Source of the DNA: Candidatus Aenigmatarchaeota archaeon
Lineage (GTDB): Archaea > Aenigmatarchaeota > Aenigmatarchaeia > JACPZZ01
Direction of reading: 5' to 3'
Assembly: GCA_043801595.1 (NCBI GenBank)
Contig: JAZDLW010000005.1
Location: 1 to 46,526 of the forward strand
DNA length: 46,526 bases
The first letter of the stretch is position 1. The number at the start of each line of letters is the position of its first letter. Below are positions 38,566 to 46,080 of the stretch, piece after piece. A program made the translations under genes and the position numbers. A model generated the notes under the pieces. The model worked only from the letters and a program-made list of their open reading frames with translations. It ran no database searches and was not told the DNA's origin.

Positions 38566-39063
38566 TTACGATGACAACGCGTGTATTATTGCCTGCGTCG
38601 AATCGTTTTTGTGGACAGATTCCATCGAGGAAATAAATTCCTCAACATATGCCATTTGTTTTCCGTATTTTTCCCGGAGCCTTCTTGTGAGTGCTTCGTA
38701 ATCCGCAAAACTTTTATGCAGTGTCATCATCATGTACGTCTTCCCTCGCAGTCCCTCGCCGCGGGCGAAATAAACAACCTCCGGCATTTTCGCAATGTAG
38801 TCAATCGCATCCTCGATCTGTTTTGTTTCCGAGTAGTCGCGCCAGTCAAAAAACGTTATTGCGGCAATCGAAAAGCCGACGACCTTTTCATTGACGTTTG
38901 CCCTGTATCCCTTGATCGTGCGTTCTTTTTCAAGTTTTTGCCGTATCCTCGTGACTGTTGGCTGTGTCAATTTGAGTGCGAGCGCAATGTGCTTGTCCGG
39001 TTTTCTTCCGTCACGGAGCAGTTCGAATAAAACCTGCTTCTCCTTGTCTCTCATTTCTGCCAT
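38566..39063 (-). CDS. Lrp/AsnC family transcriptional regulator
   Basis: N-terminal wHTH (LL.DGR.....IA..L..TQPTV.R...KLE....IKGY) plus RAM-like C-terminus. Confidence 0.85.
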   Translation of the reverse strand: MAEMRDKEKQVLFELLRDGRKPDKHIALALKLTQPTVTRIRQKLEKERTIKGYRANVNEKVVGFSIAAITFFDWRDYSETKQIEDAIDYIAKMPEVVYFARGEGLRGKTYMMMTLHKSFADYEALTRRLREKYGKQMAYVEEFISSMESVHKNDSTQAIIHALSS

Positions 39064-39154
39064 GAAAATCTCTACTAACTATTCGGAAATTTGTATTTAA
39101 ATCGTAGTTTATGAGACACGTCTTGATTAACTATGCAGTGTCTCGATGAAAAAA

Positions 39155-39180
39155 CCGCATAACTCTTTTATGTTATGCGG
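39155..39180. promoter_or_regulatory. Perfect 9-bp inverted repeat CCGCATAAC-N8-GTTATGCGG enclosing a TATA-like TTTTAT; candidate operator
   Basis: Seen directly; lies upstream of the Lrp gene. Confidence 0.5.
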
Positions 39181-39192
39181 CTAAATTTAAAA

Positions 39193-39431
39193 TGGTTGGA
39201 ATATGAAAACCTTTGGAGTTGATCCGTTGTTGACGTTATGCGTATTCCACCACATTAGGGAGAAATCCCGGTTGAGGACAAGCGGTCTGAAAGGGATGAT
39301 CAGTTCCTGATAGTCGGGTGTTGTGACCATTTAAGGCCGGGAGAATTTTGGGTGTGGGTTTTCGTTAGTCTGTAAAAGACGCCTCATCCAACTATATTTT
39401 TTAGGATATAATTTTCGGAAAACCCATTTCA
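39193..39431 (+). ncRNA. Putative structured non-coding RNA of unknown class
   Basis: No credible ORF. Several G.U-containing stems on the + strand, a GGGA-GAAA-TCCC GNRA hairpin (39258-39269) and a possible pseudoknot; TATA-like element ~25 nt upstream. Confidence 0.4.
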
Positions 39432-39474
39432 CTCTATATTCGTGTTACCAGTTCGTCCGTGTCGGTAGTTAAAA

Positions 39475-39795
39475 TTATTGCGTTTTCTGTTTGTCGCTTT
39501 CTATTTTCATTATTGCAGCCGCCATGTCACCCTCTTCTTTTAGAACCTGCTCCGCAACATCTTGCGGCACACCCGTCTTCTGCATAATAAGTTTTACATC
39601 ATCTACGTTCTCGTTTTTGTTTTCAACCTCGCCCGTTATCTGGAAGCTCGTTTTTCCCATCATATTCGTTTTCACAACCTCCGGATTTTTGATGACTAGG
39701 GTTGCGGTCTTGCCGCGAATGATGACCTCTTCGGCATCAATGTTTTCCATCTGCACGTTCTTCATCAACTTTTCAAGGTCGCGTTGTGTGAACAT
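39475..39795 (-). CDS. nac: Archaeal nascent polypeptide-associated complex protein (aeNAC)
   Basis: I.AEEVII......I.NPEV....MG...FQI.G NAC domain plus UBA-like DDVKL.M..TG....A...L....D.AAAI. ATG at 39795 preferred. Confidence 0.92.
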   Translation of the reverse strand: MFTQRDLEKLMKNVQMENIDAEEVIIRGKTATLVIKNPEVVKTNMMGKTSFQITGEVENKNENVDDVKLIMQKTGVPQDVAEQVLKEEGDMAAAIMKIESDKQKTQ

Positions 39796-40027
39796 ATCTT
39801 TACTTCTCGGAAATTCTTTATATTCTTTTTCGTGTTTCTTCTGCGTTACGCTAAACAATATGTCACGTTTAACCAGCAAGGCCGTGAATGTATTGCTTTT
39901 CAAAGCCAATTTCCGCTTTTCGCCTTTGTTAATGCATGTGAACCTAAAATGAGGTAATATTACTCCACGTGAAGTAACAGGGAGGTTAATCTGCGGTGAA
40001 TTTATATCAACCCGCACAATATTCATC

Positions 40028-40666
40028 ATGTCGGAATTAGGCTACGCCTGCGGTGTCCTTTGCGCTAGGGGTTTTATCAAAAAAGGCAGAAACAATTGCA
40101 TCGGGCTGAGTACTAAAAACAAGGAGCTTATTGACGCATTCGCAGCAGCACTGCGTTCGGTGTGTGGCCGCGACATGCTTGTTATTCAAAAAACTATAGC
40201 CCAGAAAACATATTTTACAGCAAATATTTACGGAAAGCATATTGTGGAAATCTTCGGCAATATCGGATTTTTGCCAAAAAGGAAAACATGGTCGCCTCCG
40301 GATATCGCGTACCATAACCATGATTTCCGTTCTTCGTTTCTCGCGGGTTTTTTTGACGCAACCTCAGTTGTCTATTTTGACCGTGAAAAATTTTTAGTAT
40401 CGGGCAATGGTTACAGATACCTGCGTGTGACATCGGTGAATCTGGAAGGTCTGATAAAGATAAAAAAGCTGCTTTCGCTCGACGGCGTGGAATCGTCTCT
40501 CCGCTCGCGCAATTCGCTGCACTATCTGGTAGTAAAAGGCAAATGGCGGTTGGTTTCGTTCATCAATGCAATAGCGCTGCGGACACAAAAAAAAACCCGT
40601 CTTCGGGAGTGCATCAGCGCTTCAACGCCTTCGCAATTGCCCAACCCAACAGACCGCCCACAATAA
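40028..40666 (+). CDS. Free-standing two-motif LAGLIDADG-fold protein with degenerate catalytic positions
   Basis: Motif 1 LGYACGVLCARG and motif 2 FLAGFFDATS; TSVN...L..IK.LL...G..S. Not within an intein or recognisable intron. Confidence 0.75.
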   Translation: MSELGYACGVLCARGFIKKGRNNCIGLSTKNKELIDAFAAALRSVCGRDMLVIQKTIAQKTYFTANIYGKHIVEIFGNIGFLPKRKTWSPPDIAYHNHDFRSSFLAGFFDATSVVYFDREKFLVSGNGYRYLRVTSVNLEGLIKIKKLLSLDGVESSLRSRNSLHYLVVKGKWRLVSFINAIALRTQKKTRLRECISASTPSQLPNPTDRPQ

Positions 40667-41075
40667 CGTCTGTGGGATAGTGAACGCCCACATAGATCCG
40701 CGATATCCCTACCAAAATCGCGAACGCAAAGAACAAAATACGGTATTTCTTTGCTGCATCTGAAGCGAAATCCGCCCACGCGAACGACGCCGCGCTGTGC
40801 GTGGACGGGAATGAATACGACGATTCTTCGGGTACTCTCAATATGCCTGTCGGTCTCGGTCTGCAAAAAACCTGCTCAAGGAACAGCGAAACCAGAATCG
40901 ACGTGATGATTGCGGCTGTATAATTTATTCCAGTCCTCCTGTCTTTCAGCGCAAACGGTATTGTGCTTAGCGCGAAAACAACCATGGATATGTTGCTCAC
41001 AAAAAGTAAAATTGACGCGACATTGTATGCATCATAGCTGTTTATTGTGTTGAATAATATGGTTTCCAATATCAT
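40614..41075 (-). CDS. PAP2-family membrane phosphatase
   Basis: RPRP, SFPSTH, SRIYVGVHYPTDV. Confidence 0.92.
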   Translation of the reverse strand: MILETILFNTINSYDAYNVASILLFVSNISMVVFALSTIPFALKDRRTGINYTAAIITSILVSLFLEQVFCRPRPTGILRVPEESSYSFPSTHSAASFAWADFASDAAKKYRILFFAFAILVGISRIYVGVHYPTDVIVGGLLGWAIAKALKR

Positions 41076-41077
41076 GT

Positions 41078-43738
41078 TTATCCTGCATCCACCTTGATCT
41101 TCTCTGTAATGCCCTCGGGTGTGTTAATCTGTATTTTTGCGCCGCACTTGCACATTCCGCTCAGCGGTGCGGATGTGAAATTCGCCCCGCAGCCGGCGCA
41201 GACAAAACCATCGAACACGTTGCTCGGTTTTTTCGGAGTCGTTTCCATCAGCGATCTCTGGCGTCCTTTGCCGAGAAGTTCTGATTTCGAAAAGCCGAGC
41301 GCTATGAATATTCTTTCAACCGGCGGGAGCAGCTGGTTCTCGACATAGTATGTCGGGTCTATATCTATTTTATTCTTCACCACAAAATCCGGATCCTCGC
41401 TTCTTCTGGAAAGGAGCTGGTTTCCTTTTGTGATAACGTAGCCTACCCTGTCTCCGACGCCCGGCGCTTCGGCCGGGTTGCGTTTTTGCATTTTTTTCAC
41501 GAGCTCGATGTGCGGTTGCAAACCCGCATAGTTCGCTGGGCTCTTTGTTATACTCTTGGTTATCACAAGTTTTTCTATCGGAATTTTATTTTCCGACAGG
41601 TTCTTCATCACCACATTGAAATAACTGAGAGCCTCTTTCGTGTCTCCGCGCTTTAGAATTATCTCTATTGTCTTCGTCATTGTTTCGGAAACAAGTTCGC
41701 ACCAGTCGCGTCGGACTGTCTCAATACCTTTCGTCTCTATTTTATCCTTCCAAACGCCGTTGTCCTTGACAAACTTCCACGCAGCGTACCTTTTCTTTGT
41801 CAATATCAAAAAACTTTTGAAAATCTTTTCAAATTCCATCTGCATTACGCCTGAAAGCTGTTTGTTTATGTTCGCAGCCAGTTCGATCCCTTTATCCCAG
41901 CCTTTATCAAGGTCGGTTTCGGGTATCTTGATCATTATCGAGTCTGTGTCTCCATACACTGCAGGATATCCGAAATCCTGTTCGACTGTCTTTTCAACGG
42001 TCTGTATAAGGTAGCGCCCGCTTGAAGTTATCGCGTTTGCTATATCCAAAACGTAGAGTCTCGCTTTCGTGTAGCCCGTGTAGCCGTAAAAGGCGTTTGA
42101 CAGAAGTTTCAGCGCAAGCTGTTTCGCGTCCAATATCCTTAATTTTTCTTCGTCAGCCTCTCCTCTCATAATCTTTTTCGTTTTCACGCGTTCGTCCATC
42201 AGGTGCGTTAATATTCCGGGAATTATCCCCTCCTGGACGCTTTTCGAAACGAACGTGTACCCTGTGGGCGTTTTAATAACATCCTTCTCTTCTTCGTTCT
42301 TCACAATGGTTGTCGGGCATATGTTGTAGCTTCGTATTATCGACGGGTACATGCTGCGAAAGTCAAGGACAACAACCAGCCCATCAGAGTGAAGGCCTGT
42401 TTTCGGCGTAAGCACGAAACCGCCCTTTAACCCCTGGTCCTCCTTTTCTTTTTCTTTTTTCTTTATGTCCAAGGAACCTGGCTTGCACGGAACAACGTAA
42501 TTTCTTTTATTAAATTCGCGCAGCAGCAGATTTTCTATGCGGGACGATTCACCGCTGTCGAGGCTGTCCTGCAGGAGGGCACCGCTCAGCTTCGAAAGCT
42601 CGATGTATTTGTCAAGAAGCTGTTTTTTAATGACGAGTTTTAATGCCAACTCCGCGTCCTTTCTTGCATAATCCGCAAGCCTGGTTATTTTTTCCCTGTC
42701 TCCGCTGTTCCACAGTTTCGATATCTCGGAGTGTGCCACATCAAGCTTCTGTTCTTTGAGCAGTATTTTCGAAACGTCGGTCAGACCGTAGCGTTTAAAC
42801 GAGAAGTTCTTCTTTATCAATTGATAACTATCAGCGACAATCCGTCCGGGCAATGTCGAACGCGATCTGTTTTTCATTATCTCCTTTGAATAGGCCTGTT
42901 TATCCGTGCATCGTCCGATTGTACGCGGCACTTTGAAAATTTCCATTCTCTTCAGTATGAACGGTATGTCGAAGTTGTTGATGTTGAAACCTGTGAATAT
43001 GTCCGGATTGTATTCCGTTACTATTGACCTGAACTTTTCGAGCATCGAATCTTCGCCGAGACACCGTATCACGTCCTTTCCGTCTGCCATTCTTGTTGTC
43101 AATACAAGTGTATCATGGCCTGCGTGCTGCGGGCTGAACGCCATGCTTATCATTATTATTTCGTCCTCCTCCGGATTCGGCAGCCCGCCGCGCTTTGACA
43201 GCGTTTCTATGTCAACGGACAAATAACTCATCTGCGTGTTCGTTACTTGGATCGAGGGCGATATTTTTGTTATATTTACGGTACGGTCAGCCTTCACTGT
43301 TGCGGTTTTTATATCCGCGCACTCGACATCGATCCAGCTCATTCCGCTGATCATGAAATCTGCCATGAATCTGTACTTGAAAAGTATGTCCGCCTCGAAA
43401 ATTTCTTTGATAGACGGATGTTCTTTGATAATGTCTCTTAGTTCGGAAACCTTGGCCGGATTTCTCATCACGACCTTGATCATTTCCGTCATATTTCTTG
43501 AAAAGCCTATTGGGAGCCGCTTTTCTACGCGTTCGCATTTCACGACATCGGCCGTGCGACCGCTCAAATATTTAATTATGTCCGCTGACTTGCCTTCCTT
43601 TGGGAGCACATAAAAATACGGCATGTACCCTTTGACAAATCCGCAAACACTTTTGTTGTTTTCGTCCTTGCCGAATATTCTTATCACTGGGCTGTTCTCG
43701 ATCAACACGTAGTCGACGTCCAATATTTGCAGCTTCAT
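41078..43738 (-). CDS. polB: Family B DNA polymerase with intact 3'-5' exonuclease, PIP-like box and C-terminal DP2-like zinc finger
   Basis: ExoI DIE, ExoII FN..NFD, ExoIII Y...D; DFRSMYPS, K...N..YG, YGDTDS, KKRY, KG.E.VRRD; no intein. Confidence 0.97.
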   Translation of the reverse strand: MKLQILDVDYVLIENSPVIRIFGKDENNKSVCGFVKGYMPYFYVLPKEGKSADIIKYLSGRTADVVKCERVEKRLPIGFSRNMTEMIKVVMRNPAKVSELRDIIKEHPSIKEIFEADILFKYRFMADFMISGMSWIDVECADIKTATVKADRTVNITKISPSIQVTNTQMSYLSVDIETLSKRGGLPNPEEDEIIMISMAFSPQHAGHDTLVLTTRMADGKDVIRCLGEDSMLEKFRSIVTEYNPDIFTGFNINNFDIPFILKRMEIFKVPRTIGRCTDKQAYSKEIMKNRSRSTLPGRIVADSYQLIKKNFSFKRYGLTDVSKILLKEQKLDVAHSEISKLWNSGDREKITRLADYARKDAELALKLVIKKQLLDKYIELSKLSGALLQDSLDSGESSRIENLLLREFNKRNYVVPCKPGSLDIKKKEKEKEDQGLKGGFVLTPKTGLHSDGLVVVLDFRSMYPSIIRSYNICPTTIVKNEEEKDVIKTPTGYTFVSKSVQEGIIPGILTHLMDERVKTKKIMRGEADEEKLRILDAKQLALKLLSNAFYGYTGYTKARLYVLDIANAITSSGRYLIQTVEKTVEQDFGYPAVYGDTDSIMIKIPETDLDKGWDKGIELAANINKQLSGVMQMEFEKIFKSFLILTKKRYAAWKFVKDNGVWKDKIETKGIETVRRDWCELVSETMTKTIEIILKRGDTKEALSYFNVVMKNLSENKIPIEKLVITKSITKSPANYAGLQPHIELVKKMQKRNPAEAPGVGDRVGYVITKGNQLLSRRSEDPDFVVKNKIDIDPTYYVENQLLPPVERIFIALGFSKSELLGKGRQRSLMETTPKKPSNVFDGFVCAGCGANFTSAPLSGMCKCGAKIQINTPEGITEKIKVDAG

Positions 43739-43766
43739 GTTCCCACTAATAGTCCTGTTACATAAT

Positions 43767-44807
43767 TTAAAAGCTGGTCATTTCTGCTGACCGCGTCTTT
43801 AGGTCTATCCTTACGGCCGGCTCGCCGTCGTCCGCGCATCCGACAGCGATAAAAGTGTAGCCTTTGTTATTTGCAACGCCGGTTTTATCCGATTTGCCAA
43901 GCAAAATTATATCCGTTTCCTGGTCTATCACAAACGGATCTTCGAGAAAAGCGGGCGCAATCTTGTCATCGCCTATGTAACGCCTCTTTGAAAAGAACCT
44001 TGCCTGCGATTCTATGCCGTCCGTATGGTTTGCGCGCAGATTTTGCAGCACGAATTTCGCGTTTCCTGTGGTTATGGTAGCCTTCGCGGCATTCGGGAAA
44101 ACGTTTTCCGAAGTTACGCTCCCGTTTTCTATCCGCATCACAGCACAGGAACCGTCGTTTCTATCGTCCCCGCTGAAAATAAAAACAAAGCATTCTCCTT
44201 TCTTGTTGGCAATATTTTTTATTGCGTTTCCGGTTCCTGCTTTGGCCCACGCAAAAATCGCCGAACATTCCTTTTCCGAGAATCTCACGCGTTTTTTTAT
44301 TGTCAGTTCTGGGTGCGTTATTCTTTCCGCAAAAAGTTTGTTGTCGGAAAAGAAGCCCGTTGCTGCGACAACATCGTTTTCCGCGACGTCCTCCTTTGTT
44401 CTTAGTGCAACTTCGCAGTGCCCTGTCAAATCCTCCAGAACAAACCCGCTTTCAGTCGGTTCTCTTACAAGCCCCAGGATTGTGTTTCGTTGCCCGAACC
44501 TCGCCCTGTTCATAGACACGGGTTTGTCGTCCAGCCGTGCTGTTATGAACGGCGCGAGTGCGAGTATTTTATTCTTGTAATAATTCAAGAAATCCTTTGC
44601 TGTAATTTCGTTTCTCGCGATTTCCGGTTTTTCGATAACAATACCCTGTCCCGATCTTATTTCCGAAAGCGTGTTCTTGTCCACTGTCTTGAGTTTTTTT
44701 GCAAGAACAGTGTCATAATCCCGCTCTGTTATCTCGCCGGCGACATCCGGCGAAACCATCACGCCGCTGTCCAGCAATTTTCTTATCAAAACCTTGTCCA
44801 TGAACAT
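43767..44807 (-). CDS. DNA polymerase D small-subunit (DP1) homolog with inactivated phosphoesterase domain
   Basis: DF..Y...K, OB-fold G.V.......LED.TG and DVV...G.......I..P; C-terminal RR....IAP...D..VI...DI...G. The catalytic DxH, GNHD, HG and GHxH motifs are absent. Confidence 0.75.
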   Translation of the reverse strand: MFMDKVLIRKLLDSGVMVSPDVAGEITERDYDTVLAKKLKTVDKNTLSEIRSGQGIVIEKPEIARNEITAKDFLNYYKNKILALAPFITARLDDKPVSMNRARFGQRNTILGLVREPTESGFVLEDLTGHCEVALRTKEDVAENDVVAATGFFSDNKLFAERITHPELTIKKRVRFSEKECSAIFAWAKAGTGNAIKNIANKKGECFVFIFSGDDRNDGSCAVMRIENGSVTSENVFPNAAKATITTGNAKFVLQNLRANHTDGIESQARFFSKRRYIGDDKIAPAFLEDPFVIDQETDIILLGKSDKTGVANNKGYTFIAVGCADDGEPAVRIDLKTRSAEMTSF

Positions 44808-44822
44808 CGTCTTATCACTCGT

Positions 44823-46049
44823 CTACTCGAAGTAAAAATCTTTTTTTAGCATTTCGCACAGGTCGTCCTGCGTGTGCTTCGACGACAGGATGCTGATTTC
44901 TTTTGTCCTGCCATGGCGGCCTTTCGATGTCGTGCGCACTGACAATATTCCGAGCATGCCTAATTCGGATATCAGGTCCGAGGAGCGTCTCGGCCCCAAT
45001 GGTTCGAGCCCTCTTTTCTTGCACACTTCTTTGTATTTTTCATATGTCCCGCCTGTTGTGAGGCCGGCGCCCTGATTGTTTAATATTGCCCACAAAATCG
45101 CCTGCGATTGCATTGGCTGCGAACGGACTGTTTCTACGACGCGGTCAACGTTTATTTTTTCCTGCGCTTTGTCGACGTGCGCCTCGTCCAGCGACTTGTC
45201 ACCGCCCCTTTCGGCGATTTCTCCCGCAACTCTCAGCAGGTCCAGCGCCCGCCTTGCGTCGCCGTGCTCCTGCGCTGCGAGCGCAGCGCACTTTGAGATC
45301 ACGCCGTCCTTTACGGTTCCCCCCATAAAAGACAGCCTGGCACGTTCGCTGAGTATGTCCCTGAGTTCGAGCGCGTTGTACGGCGAGAAGACTATTTCCT
45401 CTTCGCCGAGCGAGGATTTTACGCGCGGATCCAGCGACTCCGAAAAAGACAGGTCGTTCGTAACGCCTATGATTGTTAGTTTCGCATTCGACAGGTCCTG
45501 ATTGACCCTTGTGAGATTGTACAGGATGTTGTCGCCGACCTTTGAAACCAGCGCATCGATTTCATCGAGCACAAGCAAAACGTTCTGCTTGCACGAATCG
45601 AGGTTTTCGTAAAAAATTTCATACAATCGGCTTGTTGGCAGACCGGTAGCAGGAACATCGCAGCCAAACTCCTTGCAAAGCTGCGCAATCACCCTGTATT
45701 CGGTGTCCGCAATTTTCTTCATCTTGCAGTTTATGAAAACGGTTTTTACGTTGATTTTGTTCTCGGCAGCCATTGAAGCGAGTTCGTTCACAACATGCTT
45801 TATACACAACGTCTTGCCTGTGCCCGTCTTCCCGTATACGAACGTGTTCGATGGTTTATTGTTGCGAAGGCACGGTGCCAGAATCGAAGCGAGTGTTTCC
45901 ATCTGTTTGTCGCGGTGTGGTATGTCGCTCGGGTCGTAGCTTGTTGCTAGCGGCTCTTTTGACAAGAAAATGGCGTTGTTGTTAAGATAACCTGAAAATA
46001 TTTTGTGCAAAGACGTCTGCGGAATAAAAACCACCAACCAAGATTTCAT
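44823..46049 (-). CDS. cdc6: Orc1/Cdc6 replication initiator (exact start uncertain)
   Basis: Walker A GKTGTGKT, Walker B LDEID, LY.LTR, LDPRV.SSL, PY.A..L..IL..R, HGDARRALDLLR, wH domain S.GR.GRT. Confidence 0.97.
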   Translation of the reverse strand: MKSWLVVFIPQTSLHKIFSGYLNNNAIFLSKEPLATSYDPSDIPHRDKQMETLASILAPCLRNNKPSNTFVYGKTGTGKTLCIKHVVNELASMAAENKINVKTVFINCKMKKIADTEYRVIAQLCKEFGCDVPATGLPTSRLYEIFYENLDSCKQNVLLVLDEIDALVSKVGDNILYNLTRVNQDLSNAKLTIIGVTNDLSFSESLDPRVKSSLGEEEIVFSPYNALELRDILSERARLSFMGGTVKDGVISKCAALAAQEHGDARRALDLLRVAGEIAERGGDKSLDEAHVDKAQEKINVDRVVETVRSQPMQSQAILWAILNNQGAGLTTGGTYEKYKEVCKKRGLEPLGPRRSSDLISELGMLGILSVRTTSKGRHGRTKEISILSSKHTQDDLCEMLKKDFYFE

Positions 46050-46080
46050 TTGAATTGTTGGTATTTATATTCTATGCTCC

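Noticed and set aside
39203-39310. 35-codon ORF MKTFGVDPLL... in the lrp-nac gap
   Set aside because: Short, with no motif or clear RBS; cannot be supported, though not strictly excluded.
39193-39431. Identification of the putative RNA as SRP RNA, RNase P RNA, C/D box sRNA or TPP riboswitch
   Set aside because: SRP helix-8 (CAGG..GNRA..AGCA), RNase P CR-I/CR-V and TPP core motifs were not found. C/D-like boxes at 39272-39310 leave guides of only ~8 and ~4 nt.
39796-40029. N-terminal 78-aa extension of NAC in the ORF track, and similar extensions of PHP, GGR, Alg13/Alg14 and SDR ORFs
   Set aside because: Homology begins at downstream start codons; the extensions overlap promoters or neighbouring genes.
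40028-43738. LAGLIDADG ORF as an intein or intron of polB
   Set aside because: It is on the opposite strand, separated from polB by PAP2, and polB is continuous with no splicing motifs.
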